Positions 51,691 to 64,000 of a stretch of 64,000 nt of DNA are shown piece after piece; positions within the stretch are counted from its first letter, which is position 1, and the number at the start of each line of letters is the position of its first letter. The stretch is taken from contig PNXW01004639.1 of NCBI GenBank assembly GCA_013265495.1, forward strand, positions 1-64,000, read 5' to 3'. The notes under the pieces were generated by a model. The model ran no database searches. It saw nothing but the letters and a program-made list of their open reading frames with translations, and was not told the DNA's origin. Source of the stretch: Vicugna vicugna (lineage: Eukaryota). The translations under genes and the position numbers were made by a program.

Positions 51691-52739
51691 GATCTACAAT
51701 CCCCTGGTGTCTCCCTAAGTTTTATACATAGAAAGCTGATTTTCCGGGAACTTTAGTTTTTAATTTTCTCTTTGCCTGCGTAACCCTAAGCCATGAAGTC
51801 GCCTCTTGAGTCTCTGTCTCTTTGTCTGTAAAGGCTAAGTGTTGTCCACATAGAATCTGACCCTTTGTTACATCTCTGTTTATGAACAACAGCATGTAGC
51901 CCTTGTGTATTGTATTTAGTTTATGATGCATTTCTCAAAGACCTCATTATTTTTCATCGCAAGCGAAAATAAGCAAACTGCCAGACAGGTCCTCTTTCCA
52001 GAGGGTGCACAGAAAAGCAGGTCTTGGAGACTCGGTAACAGCTGGTAAGGGCAAGACCTCACTTAAGCCTGCATCTTCTGACTTCAGACCCAATTCTCAC
52101 TGTGCTACATTCTCTGCCACCAGCAGCTTTGCACAAAATTCTTACCCCATATGTTTTTAACTAAGAAGTAAAGGCATGCTGAGTTCTCTCAGTGCCCCAG
52201 GAAGCTTTGGGCAAACTCACGGGAAAACTCTGGAATGTTTTCTCTATTCTTCGTATTAAAGATCCCAGCTTCTACAGAATGTTCTGTGACTTTGTCAGGT
52301 TTATCATTTGGGCCTCTGGGAACCCACAAAGTGTAGCTGCTGCTCTAATTCCAATCAATCTCGGGCCCAGACCCATCTTGAATGTGGACTCCCATGACAG
52401 GGTAAATTTAAGAGTTTTCCTGGCTAGAAACATATTTGTTTTTAATTTGATATAGAATCGCAGAGATTACATTTGACCAAAACATCACCGTGAGCCTCTT
52501 TCCCCCTGCCTTGTAAATCACAAAAATGTAAAGATTATCTCTGTATGATTTATACTAAAATAAATTAAATCTTGAGGTGATTTGACAGATATAGAAGTAT
52601 TTATTGACAGTTTGGTTCTTACACTTGATGTGTTGAAAAAGCACATCCCCCAGTCCTTTTTAACTTCTGTGTCTCTGAACACTGAAGTAAGAAAGTGTGT
52701 TAAGGGATGCAAATAGAAAAGAGAACTGTGGCTTTATTT

Positions 52740-53062
52740 TAAGAATTTTAGGTATTTGCCATTTTCTAGTTCACAGTCTGGTAAATGTCTGGTGTCCCTC
52801 TAGTGAAGGCATAGAAGAAAAATTAGAGCATATATTTGAGGTGTGTTGCGGATCCCTCCTCAAAAGGAGACAGTTTCTCCCTTAATCCACATGCTCTGGA
52901 TCCATGAACTGGCTCAATTCTAGGAAGTGGGTGAAAGGTTGTGTTACTACTCTGATGATCCTGGTAGTTTTCTGGCCACCCTGCTGGATTCTTTGTCAAT
53001 GATTTAGCTCAAGCAGTAACCTTCTATGCTGCCTACTGGGTATTATTCCACCGTGTGGGACA
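52740..53062 (-). mobile_element. ERVL internal gag-end/protease-start remnant (inverted)
   Basis: Reverse complement 'cccacttcctagaattgagccagttcatggatccagag...ccttttgaggagggatccgcaacac...ccttcactagagggac...atttaccag' resembles the remembered ERVL gag-pro junction. Confidence 0.65.
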
Positions 53063-53064
53063 CT

Positions 53065-54325
53065 CCCAAGTGGGTCCAGAAAATATGACAAAATTGCATG
53101 AGCAAGTGTCCCAGACCCACGCTTGCTGTTTTGTGGCCTTTCCCTCAACTCACATCTGTGACTTAGCGGGAAATTCCTCATGACCAATGTACTAGTTATC
53201 CAAAGAGGAAAAAGTTTAGCCATAGGTTATTTTATTTTATTTTTTTTGGTCAATCTGCATCAGTTATTTCTGGGAAGAACTGGATGCAGTGTGTTCCAGC
53301 CCATTCAAAAGTGTCCTTGACAAATGGCTGTGGAATGAAATTTTCCCATAGAAATAATTACAGGCACATATCTGGCTGTCCACATTGTTTTGTAGAAAAA
53401 TAATTTGGGATATGAATTTATACTGAATAATGAACATTGGATAATGATTTGACCAGTTGAAAAGACTAAGACTGGAGATACCCTGGGGAGGTGTTGAGTT
53501 GTGTCCCTTGGAGTGGGCACACGGTGTGTAGATATCTGTGTGTGTGCCAACGCCCACAACGGGCATCTGGTGCAGGGGACGCTCTCAGTCGTCAGAACCA
53601 GGAGACACTTATTGTCTAGATACTGAGTAACGTCCCTCTCTAGCCAGAACAGTGATGCTCAGTGAAGGCTCTAAACAGACACAGCAGCATAAAATTCCCT
53701 TCATGGTTGACACGGGTACAGCGACTGCTGATACTTTGTGCCCTACCTACCAACAGCAGACATCGACATAGAACCCCCGGCATGACCCCATTTTGGGAGT
53801 GACCAGGAGAGATCAGTTACTATCCAGCCATCTGGTGGCAAGTTGATTACTTTGGCTTCCTTCCACCATGTTGTGCAGCAATATGTCCTCCTGGGAATAG
53901 ATGCATATCACAGAGTATCACAGAGAGATCTGCTTTCCTCGTCTGCACGGCTCCTGCTAGCATCATGACCCTTTTCAGGAATTGCCCCTTGTGGTAGTCC
54001 GTGCAACATTATTCTGACTAAGGAATTGTCAGAATGTTTGCTTCCTGCCGCTACAACCCTGGGCACACAACCCTTCCACGAGGGATCAGGCCATGGTTCC
54101 ACTGATGTAGAGGCTAGGACTGCTTTCCAGCCACTTAAAATTCCTCTTACTACTGAACAAATGGGCAGAGAGAGATTGATTTTTATTAGTAAAAGGAAGT
54201 TGGTTGTTTGTTTACAAAGTGGTTAGGAAGTTCTGTGTCTAGAATCCAGGGTATTCTTTGGAATAACTCTTAATAGTCCCATGACCATTAATAAAACTCA
54301 GTGGAAGGCTGTGACAAAACAAGAT
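53065..54325 (+). mobile_element. ERVL internal pol remnant (RNase H, integrase, dUTPase), decayed
   Basis: Integrase peptides CPTYQQQ (~53739), PAIWWQVDYFGFLP (~53824) and YVLLGIDAY (~53884) match ERVL CPTCQQQ / PATWWQVDYIGPLP / FVLTGIDTY. A dUTPase-like segment lies at ~54035-54170. Confidence 0.82.
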
Positions 54326-54334
54326 AGAGTCTAC

Positions 54335-55478
54335 AAATTCAGGGACTTGTTAGGTTGGGGAAAAAATTTCTTTGAGCAACAAAGGCTGATTAAAATTTAG
54401 CCTTGAAGCAAAGATCAAATCAAGGCTAAAGCTGTTTATTCCCATTATTAAAACCCTTTGAAAGGATTAAGGTAGCACATAGTCAATCCTTTCAATAGGA
54501 TAAAACAGCTCAGGGAAAAGAGATTAAAGGTGTGGATCTCCCACCTCAGACTGACTGACCTAAGGCCTATAATTAAGTTGAGAAAAGGAAAGCATAGGGC
54601 AGGAAGCAAGGAAATATTGTAAATCGAAGAAATGTGTCTAGAAATTCTGGATGTGGCTATTGGCACATGTAACTAAGTCAAACGTTTTAAAAACTACTAA
54701 GGTTTTAAGAGCATTTACTGCTGAAAAAATTATGAGCATGGACTCAAAGTCTCTGTATATGTCTATATATATATACATATACACATATGTACATGTATGT
54801 GTATGTATATGTGTGTATGTACGTGTGTGTGTATGTGTGTGTGTGTGTGTGTGTGTGTCTATTTAAGAATTAAACTGACTCTTGGTACCTTTCTGGGAGG
54901 CTGTGAAGCCAACTAAGAAAGCTGCTTACCCTCCAAAGAGGATGTAGCATCCCAGTCTCATTTCCAGATGAGGCTATTTTATCATCCAAGAAGGATAATA
55001 AAAAAGGAATAAACCATCAGAAGGAGTAGCCAAGAGCCATGGAGAAAAGGTGAAGGGGAGACCCTTCTAGGAACCAGAATTACACTCTAAACTAAAAACG
55101 TTCTCTACTCTCCCAACATGAGGGGCCCTAATGACATTTCTCTAGCATAATTTCAGAATTTCTACAGGCCACTGACTCCTCTGTGTTTCCCGTTCCTCAC
55201 CTTTCCTGATGCTGATAGTGATCTGTTCCTGGTCTACTATTGCGTCTTGGGGTTGGCAGGCAGGGAGCTTGATGTTGGATGATTAATTGTCTGTTTGGTA
55301 CATAGATCCCTAGACAAAGAGATCTGTCTGGATGAACAGACACTTGGCATCACTTGGAGGTCATGGACATCGAAGGAGAGCTGTGACTTGATGGGACTTT
55401 GCTTGGGAAATGTGTTAGTTTATGTTTTTATTGTTAGAGGGAGAGGAACTCAAATATTCAGTGACCAGAAAGGCAGAC
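54335..55478 (+). mobile_element. MLT1-int (MaLR internal sequence)
   Basis: 'aaagatcaaatcaagg', 'gaaaggattaagg', 'atttcagaatttctacaggccactgact', ending in PPT-like 'ccagaaaggcagac' immediately before the LTR. Confidence 0.7.
54755..54858. repeat. Compound (TA)n/(TG)n microsatellite
   Basis: Read directly. Confidence 0.95.
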
Positions 55479-55835
55479 TGTTTCAGTCATGAGTGCTGGT
55501 CGTCATGTATTTTTTCATCCCTTTGAGGCACATGGACCAGATTATACTTCTTGGCCAACATGAAGTTGCTTTGGCCAATGAAACTTCAGCTGAATTCTTC
55601 TTATCACTAAGGGATGGACAATTTCCATATCAGGCACAGTTTGCCAAGCCTTCTTTTATTCTCTGCCATAAATACCCATATGCTGTAATTGAATAGAAGT
55701 TATATCTCAGCGGACCTCTCTGAGAAGAGTGTCAGCTCACCCATAATGGACATGTGGTATGAGAGAGAAATAGATCATTTTTTTTCAAGCCTCTAAGGTT
55801 CAAAGTTATTTCTGGTTATTACCCAGAACATTCCC
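55479..55835 (+). mobile_element. MLT1 3' LTR
   Basis: Starts TG after the PPT; 'ttgctttggccaatgaaa', 'atggacatgtggtatgagagagaaataga...aagcctctaagg'. Confidence 0.72.
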
Positions 55836-56849
55836 TCATTTATTTATTCAACAAGAATCATTACCAGACTTGAAAGAGTCTGTGTCTTTCCATTGACCTC
55901 ATATTTTAATCACTTGTTTTACCCTCTCACCTTTTCCTTTTCCTTTGAGGATCCTAGAGGATACAGTACTTTCTTATCTCAAACATCAGTTCCTTGAAGA
56001 TTGTTATGATTACTCTTAATCTCATAGCTTCTACTTAACATTTTTACCCGGACCACATTGATATTTGTCACATAGTATGCTTATAAATAAGTCATTTCTT
56101 AAATATAATAAAGCTCAAATCTTTGAAAGAAATAATAAGAATAAAATCAAGTTTGAACAATTATGTCGGGGGATATACACAGTTAAATGATACGCGCTTG
56201 TCTCTTAAATCAGCTATTTAAGAGTCATCAACGCTAAGACAGCTTGCAGGGTGGATGTAAGACCTGAGAGGTGAGACACGTGGGTTTCCTCAGCCACACT
56301 TACAATGAAATGCACTGAAAAGAAAAGCCATCATTACATTATCATATTTTATTGCCAAGAACAAAGAGTTCTAGGCTCTCCTTTTACCGATAATCATCAT
56401 TCTTCTCTAACTACACCTTGGAGCATCTGTGAAAATAAATCTCTTCCTTTCCTTTTTTCTTTCTTTTTACAACCAGTGATTTTCATGCAACCATACGTAG
56501 GAGCCGAGAATTTGACCCAGTAAAGGAACAAATTACAAAAAGCAAATTACCGTGGACTTGTGTTTCCCACTTCTTCCCAAGGACCAGGAAATGGAAGACA
56601 CTGGATCAGGGAGATGTTCTCTGCTGGTTTTAATAGATGAGGTGCTGGGGCACATCTTGGGGGTGGGGAGGTCTTCAGATTTGTGCTTTACAGTCCCTTC
56701 TACGTGACAGTCGACAGATGTAAGGGACCAGAGTCACCTGCACTGAGTCTGGAAAACCAGCCAGAGAACTGCAGAGACGTGACTGCAGCTAAAGGTGACA
56801 CTGGCCAGTCATTTCTGCCAAGACCAGCTTGTGGTTCCAGCTCCTTTAT

Positions 56850-56990
56850 GCGTCAGAATCTTCTGGAGAACTTTTCAAATAAAGAGGTTGCTTGATCCCT
56901 CATTAGATCAGCTACATAAGAAGTTTTTATTAACAACCTCTCTAGGTGATTGTTAACAGGTAGCTAGGTTTATATGAACATCTGGTGACT
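56850..56990. mobile_element. MER5-type hAT fragment
   Basis: 'gcgtcagaatcttctggagaacttttcaaata...ttaacaacctctctaggtgatt'. Confidence 0.55.
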
Positions 56991-58716
56991 GGTCCTTTAG
57001 CAGACACTAGAGTTCAGTGGTTTCTATTGTGTTTTAATAATGAATTCAAAGGATCACATAATTTGAAGAACTCAAAGCCTAAAACCGTCTCACTGGAATA
57101 CAGTTCTCTGCCCTTCCAGTGCCTCTCCCCTCCTTCACCAGAGGGCTTGGATGGAGACTGCACACCGGCCGGCCTCCCTAGTGAATTTTCCCCTTGCGGA
57201 TGCTTCCCCTACGAGCCCGATCAGAAGGTTAAAGAGGTGATTATAGTTCATAAACTGCCGAATGCAATTATCTGACAGTGTCTATCAGAATAAAAGATGG
57301 TCAAGGGACAGTTATGCCCCCCTTAAATATATGAAGTTGTTAAAGCATATAAAAATAATGCCTCAACTAATATCCCTTGCAGTGCCAGGATACAGATATA
57401 TAGAGACAGTTCATATTTTATACTTAATTGACGTGCAGTGATAGGCTGGTTTGTCCGTAATTGAATAACTGAGTCTTCTGATGTGCTTTGGGTCATAAGC
57501 TTGAATAGTCTTGCTCTGATTAGTTTAAAATATACCTGCTAATGCCTTTTTTTTCCCCCTTTCTACACAGATATGGGTGGTTTAACAGAGCATATAAATG
57601 TCAGGGAAGTCCTTTGGTTATGAACAATGAGTCACAAAATGGTTGTGGACATCAGAGGTCATTCATTGTGTTTCTAGGGCATTTTGAAACTGATCATTAA
57701 CATAGAACAGTTGTGAATCTTCCTGGCTCCTACATCTGAGGAATTAAAGGAGAAAAAGGCCATCAAGGAATTTTTCACTTTCATGCTTGGCTACGTGAAG
57801 GAATCCTACACAAATTGTATGGCTTCAGTTTGGGGGTAGTTAGTACTTCATAAAGACGCTTAGCTTCCGTGATTACAAAGACAGGCAGAGATACACAACC
57901 AAACTCAAGCCTTTGAAAACAGGCCCTGAACAGGGTATTCACGTCCCCATTCAACAGCTGACAACATTACGATTCATAAAGGCTACTTTGCCGCCTTTCA
58001 GGCTCAGGGCTTCCTAAACCCAAAGCCCACTCGTTTCCCTCCGTGCCACAGTGCTGCTCTAACTGTAGAAGGGATGACAAATAAAACGAATAAAGGCCTG
58101 AGATAAAGCCTAGAGGAAGAAATAGGCTCTTGATTACACTGATTGTTAAGAGGCATGCACAAGCTATTCATCAGTACCAGGCAAGCTGCGTTTTTATAGA
58201 TGAAATGCCATCAAAATCTCATGGGCACCCCAAAAGCTCCTCTGAGGCTATCACCCATCTGAAACACATGGTTTAGTGACTTAGCGAGGCATTCTCCGCA
58301 GTATTCGTGTAGATGTTGAGACATCTTACAAACTTATTTTGTAACTTAGTGAGCTTGTAGATGAAGTATGACATTTTACTCCCTCACGGAGATATGGGCA
58401 GAACTCTTCTTGGGATGACATTTTGCTTTGAGCTTCGTGAACATAGAAAAGTTAACAGGTAGAGTTGAATTCTCCTTAAAAAGGTTTTAAAGAGCAAATA
58501 TCAATCTTCCTGTTAGTTTAGAAAATAATTTTTTTGTGAATTTTTTAAGAATGTTACTTTGTCTAGAAACCTTAGATACAAGCGTGTGTACGTAGATTTT
58601 CAGAAACCAAGCTTTAGTCGTGTAAAAACAAATAAAAGAAAGATGAAAATTGTTTGCTGACTGCCTGTTAAGGCAATAAGCTGGTGTAATCTGTATTCAA
58701 CACTGATATAATGCTT

Positions 58717-58875
58717 TTTTTATTTTTTTAAATTTTTTTGTTGGGGAGAGGCAATTAGTTTTTTTGTTTGCTTGGTATTTTTAAGTTAATTTTTTAACAG
58801 AGGTACTGGGGATCGAACCCAGGACCTTGTGTGTGTTAAGCATGCACTCTACCACTGAGCTATACCCTTCCCCCC
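58717..58875 (-). mobile_element. Vic-1-type camelid SINE with ~20-bp TSD
   Basis: 'gaggtactggggatcgaacccaggaccttg...taagcatgcactctaccactgagctataccct'. TSD tcaaca(c/g)tgatataat(g/a)ctt at 58697-58716 and 58876-58895. Confidence 0.92.
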
Positions 58876-61112
58876 TCAACAGTGATATAATACTTAGAAA
58901 AAAATTTTTTTTAATACTTTCACATATCTGTGTTTTTGGAATAAATTCAGAATGGGCACATATGTCACATCCCTCAATTCTGTCATTGGCCTAAACTAAA
59001 GGGAGTGCAATTTAGCAGGAGGTTTTATTAGGACTGTTGACATTCCCTCTCATAAAAGCCCCTTGTTCTAACTTTTTTATTCTTGGGAAGAATGTTTTCT
59101 TGTTGATTTATCTATCAGTTGTTTAGACAGCTTCCAATTTTACATTCCAAATAAACAGTGTTACCTCTTGCCTTGATCTCACTCCTTCTCATCTCCCCAT
59201 TGTCAGCCTCCACCTCCTGTGCCCTAGGTAACACAGCATCATCCATCACTCCCCCCTTTACGATGGGCTTCTTAATGACCTTAACATTCTCAAAGGGACC
59301 CTTTCTTTCAGACTAATTTTGTTCTTTTTACAAGCTACTGTCCAGCATTTTTTAGCCTAAAAATATGAGGGTAGCCTTATTTTGTCTGGTATATGCTAAG
59401 GCACACCAAGTAATTTCCCTTCTCTAACTTATCAAATGCACAGCAAACACTGTGTAAATATTTTAAGTTTGAAGGGTTGGGGGTCGTGCATTTTAATACT
59501 ATTTTGAAAATTTTACTTTATTTGAAGGCTATAGTGAAATAATTTAAATTATTAGATCTTTGTAGACATCGTATATTAAATTTCACTCTGCAAGTCAAAT
59601 ATTATGAAAATAGCTTTGACAATTATACCTTTTAGAATTTACTAAAGACCAATACATTCGCAGCAACATTAAGACAAATATTATGAAAAATAACATAATT
59701 TTACATCTTTTGCACATATATTATGTATGCATATATTATCATATATTTCACATACATATGCATATAATTATATTAAAGAAGATTTAGGTATCATGTTTGA
59801 TTATAGGTGAAATTTGGGGGGGCTCTTCATAGTGGAGGCAGAAGAATGTTGTTTTGTATTAAACTGAGTGCACTTCACCTAAAGGGAACTACACTGCATT
59901 TCAGATGAGGTGCTCCTGTCCTCAGTCTGAAGATGTTTAGACCTGGATTCTCTGCTTGACTCTAACTTCAAAAAATATGGAAGCTTCGGTTTTCATGTAA
60001 GCTGATATAGTTTAATAACTACATATATGTGTTTTACCTTGTTCCACAAAATAGCTGATGTAAACATTAGATGACTTTGTTGTGACCTAAGGATCAATGA
60101 GGTGTTCTACGCAGACTGGGTCTCGTAGATGAACATTCCCTGACTGCCATCTTCTGCAGGAGTCCTCTCGGCATATTCTGTGATTCCAAACGCAGCCCAC
60201 TGTCCTCCACACAGTCCTCTCTTCGTCTTATTTACTTGCACTTGAGTATATGTGACAACGACCAAATGAGCAGAATATGACTGCAAGAATTCAGGAAATC
60301 AAGGTTTGGTGAAATTAAACATAAATCACTTGCACCGATTTAAAGTTAAGTTCAAAATCGGCTAAATGATGCTTATGAACATGGTTAATACTGCAAAACT
60401 TTTTGCTTTAAGTGTTTTCAGAAGGACCAAAATAGTGATGACATCTGAATTGTTTCCCTTTGATCTAGTTGATGTGCTCATTGTCAGTAAAACAAACTGA
60501 ACTAGAGCCAAATGGCAAAATGTTAGTATGTAACATCAAATTTGAGTTCCTCACGTATCTTAAGTCCTATGGTAATACAGAAATCGTGGAGATTTTTAAC
60601 AGACTTTTGCTTTGGTAATAGTGCTGATTGTTTTTAAATAAGACGAAGCTCTAAGTTCATTGCTAAATGTGGGTCGTACCAATGGGAATGAGGAAGAAAT
60701 CTGTACCAGCAGATTCTGTAAAAAGAGGTGGAATATCTGGGAATAGAGAACTTAGTGCAGTTTTGTAAGAGTTATCACAGGGCTCAGCTTTCAGTCTGAG
60801 CTAGCTCTTAAAGCAGGTCTTCTTAAAGTCCTCTTCTCACCAAGTACGTTTAAAACGTTCCTGACTTTGCTGCAACACACAGAATGCTGATGGGAGAGAG
60901 ACTGTAACATGTTTTTGCAGAAAGAGCACTTGAAATGGGAAGAAAGATGTCTGCAGCAATTCCCAAAGTAAGTATTTAAGCAGCCAACATTTTGCAGAAT
61001 GTAATCAACGGACCATTCCACACTGTAACGAAAGTGATCTAAACTAAACTTCAGTATTCATATTTGCACAAAGATTTATCTGTACCAAGAATGACCAAAA
61101 CTAGATTTTAAA

Positions 61113-61260
61113 ATATATGTGGGTATGTATATATATATTCATATGTATATGTATGCATACATACATACGAGTGTGTACATGTGAGTATGTGGATATATTC
61201 ATATACATGTGTATACATTCATGCATGTGAGTGTGTACACACACACGCACATACACACAT
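61113..61260. repeat. Degenerate (TA/TG/CA)n alternating purine-pyrimidine tract
   Basis: Read directly. Confidence 0.85.
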
Positions 61261-61374
61261 TTATCCAGGTTTCCCCCACTACCCCGAAGTAGAACTTTCC
61301 TACGAAACTTTTCTCAAGTCGAAATGGCGTAACATGAAGCAGCAATTAGCGGAGGACACATCTTGCTAGCAGAT

Positions 61375-61580
61375 GCACGGAGTACATCGAGGTAGAGCGC
61401 CGGTGCCCGCGGGCACCCGTCGGGGCGCGGCGGCGGGACGCGGAGGGCGGCTCCGCGGAAGCGCCTGGCGCTGGCGCCCCCACGCTCAGCCCTCGCTGCT
61501 CCGCGGTGGCTCGCTGCGAGCCAAGCCCTGAACGCCAGCGTGCTGTCCGCCTTTCCTCCCCAAAGGGAAAATCCTCGCCG
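61375..61580. promoter_or_regulatory. Small CpG island-like element (candidate promoter or enhancer)
   Basis: Very GC-rich with dense CpGs (ggggcgcggcggcgggacgcggagggcgg) in an AT-rich context. No repeat similarity recognised. Confidence 0.55.
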
Positions 61581-61689
61581 GATTTCTTTAACTTAGAGAA
61601 AACAGGTACTAACGGAGTCTTTCACTTGAAGCAAAGTGGCGTAAAGCAAAGTTTGGAGAAACGGGGACATGAGCATTACCAAAGGAAGA

Positions 61690-61800
61690 GTCTAGGGGCT
61701 CTCCGGCCCCAGCGTCAAGACTGCTTTCTAGGTCGCAGCTCTGCCACGTCCTCCCTGTGAGCGAGCCACGGACTTCCCTGAGCCCAGTTTCCTTCCAGAT
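61690..61800 (+). mobile_element. MIR fragment
   Basis: 'gtcaagactgctttctaggtcgcagctctgccac...ctgtgag...cttccctgagcccagtttcct'. Confidence 0.55.
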
Positions 61801-61894
61801 GGTATTTTAAACAGCAGCCTACCCCACTGCATTATTTTGAGCACAGCACCAATAGTTAGCCCTCCAAAATATCAAGCATTTTTAATACAGCTTA

Positions 61895-62545
61895 ATATCC
61901 AAAGGAAGTGAAGGCAGGCTATCAAAGAGCTCTGTACCCCCGTGTTTATTGCATTATTCACTGTAGCCAAGATATGCAAACAATCTTAGTGTCCATCAAA
62001 GGATGAATGGATAAAGAAGTTGAGATATTTACATATATATGTATGTACACACACACACACACACACTACTCAGCCATAAACAAGAAGGAAATGCTGCCAT
62101 TTGCAATAACATGGATAGAACACAAGGAAATTATGCTTAATGAAATAAGCCAAAGAAAGACAAATATTGTATTACAGCACTTACATGTGGAGTCTAAAAC
62201 AGCTGAACTTGTGGAAACAGAGAATGGAAAGGTGGACAACAGGTGCTGGCTGTGGGGGAATTGGGGAGATGTCAAAGCGTATAAACTTGCAGTTAGGTGA
62301 TGGAGAAGTTCTGGAAATGTAATGCTCAGAATTGTGATTATAGTCAACAATACTATATTATAAACTTCAAAACTGCTGTGAGACTAGATCTTAAATGTTT
62401 TCACAACAAAAATATAATAATTATGTGATGTGATAGAGATTTAGATAAAGGTACAGTAGTTAACACATTACAACATATAAATATATCAATCCACGTATAA
62501 TATACCTTAAGCGTACACGATTGTTATATGTCAATTAGATCTCAC
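61895..62545 (+). mobile_element. L1MA9-like 3' end
   Basis: ORF2 C-terminus YSAINKKEMLPFAITWIEHKEIMLNEISQ; 3' UTR 'gactagatcttaaatgttttcacaacaaaa...tataccttaa...ttatatgtcaatta'. Confidence 0.9.
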
Positions 62546-63587
62546 TTTAGTGAATAATTTTACATATGAAGTATTTTTATTCTTAGTAGGGCTTAATTAT
62601 TTCTAAATATAATGGTGTTTTCAATATTTAGTGACTAAGGGATTTAGTAAACTGTATGTTTGTTAAATAGGGGTATAACTGTAGTTGCATTTTCTGACAC
62701 ATATATGCTAACATTTTGTTCACCCTCTCCCAGTGGCTAGAACTTTTCCTGTCCCAGGTAGAGCCACTTAATAAACATTTTTTGGAACAATTAATAAAAT
62801 ATATCATTTTCAACTTATTTAATAAAAAATATGAACAATAAAACACCATCACACAGTCTTCATAAATTTCTGTGAAGCCGGGGTGCTCCGACATCTGGTG
62901 CGTGGGCAGGGTAGGGAGCTGACACATTTTGCTGCATTTTTCACATTCACCGTCCCCCAGAATTATTCTCCCCTCTCTCTTGATTTTGCCATCCTGGTTG
63001 TGGGCTGGACGAGACGGAGGCACAGAGCCGGACAGAAGGGAGGAAGGACAGTACTGAGTGCATGTTCACCCTGTCATCACACTTCACCTTGCGTGTTATA
63101 AATCTCCTAAACCTGAGCATCTCTGGTGTGAGGCTCCTGTGATTGTTCGTGGTCCCCGAGTGACAGTGATTTGCATAGGCCGGCTTCTCAGCTACGTGGG
63201 TTTATGTAGAGGACACTGATGTGTTTGTATGTCCTGCAGAGAAGTCTACTTCATTAGAGTTACACTCCGCGTGAGCCGTGTGGGCTCAGCTGTCTGAGTG
63301 TCAGATGGAAAGCAGCTCATCAGAAGAGCAGGGTTACACGACATTGTCCCATAGTGCCTCTTGGAGTCGAAGAAAGTGGTCGACTAAGACAAGATGGCTC
63401 GCAATGCGGCAAAGAATGTGAAGAATTCAATCTTCTGGAAGACGCACAGGGATCAATGACGGGGCAAACTTTAAGACTGAGTTAAGAAAGAAGGAAATAA
63501 TTAGAAGAATACACTGGAGGGATTAAAGACTTGAGGGGAAACTTAAAAAGGTCAGGGGAAAAGTAAACTGGAAGCCTAATGTTATGG

Positions 63588-63730
63588 GGGAAGAAAATAA
63601 AGCAGAAAGTGAAAAAAAAAAAAAAGGCAAAAAAAAAGAAAAAAAAAAAAAAGGCTGAAAAGGAAGAGAGAGAAATAAAGGAAAAAGGAAATAAAAAAAT
63701 AATAAAAATTAAAATACAAGAAATTGAAAT
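63588..63730. repeat. A-rich low-complexity tract
   Basis: Interrupted poly(A)/purine run. It explains the poly-K and poly-F ORFs. Confidence 0.9.
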
Positions 63731-64000
63731 CAGAAGAATTGTTTTCATACTCGCATACTATATTTTATGTGGTTTTCTTTGTGTGGAAGGGGAATCTGGA
63801 AGGAGGCTCTTCTTTATGAAAACCAGATCAGCATCAGCACGCAGTGGTTCATATACGTGATCACAGCGTGCTCTGCTGACCCTCTGTCATCTTTGGAGGG
63901 AAAGAATGAACAGAAGAATACAAGCCAATAGCAGACTTAATATACTCTGGACTTCAGTAGACACCTTCCATGAAATTTTGGGGGGTTTTTTGGATGAGCT

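Noticed and set aside
57541..57660. Strong splice acceptor (ttttttttccccctttctacacAG)
   Set aside because: No good donor nearby and no recognisable peptide; cannot be supported without RNA data.
63482..63860. Poly-Lys and poly-Phe ORFs
   Set aside because: Artefacts of an A-rich low-complexity tract.

Overview
Mammalian non-coding DNA, most likely camelid (alpaca, llama or camel). This rests on two Vic-1-type tRNA-derived SINEs and lineage-specific L1 3' ends. I found no intact or recognisable protein-coding exon. The listed ORFs are chance ORFs or decayed transposon coding sequence, so the window reads as intronic or intergenic. It is layered with old repeats (L1M/HAL1-like, L2, MIR, MER20/MER33/MER5 hAT elements, MLT1/LTR33/MER54-74-like LTRs, an ERVL internal remnant) and younger insertions with target-site duplications (TSDs). 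Two small CpG-rich candidate regulatory elements lie at ~50.9-51.3 kb and ~61.4-61.6 kb. The most unusual structures are: (1) a TSD-flanked ~320-bp element joining an L1 5' end directly to the ORF1 start, with no 3' UTR or poly(A); (2) an old ~400-bp inverted duplication with arms ~7.2 kb apart; (3) an ERVL remnant whose gag-pro part is inverted against its pol part. Repeat subfamily names come from remembered consensus sequences, not a search, and boundaries of old repeats are approximate. I cannot support a claim of a new gene-based biological system here.
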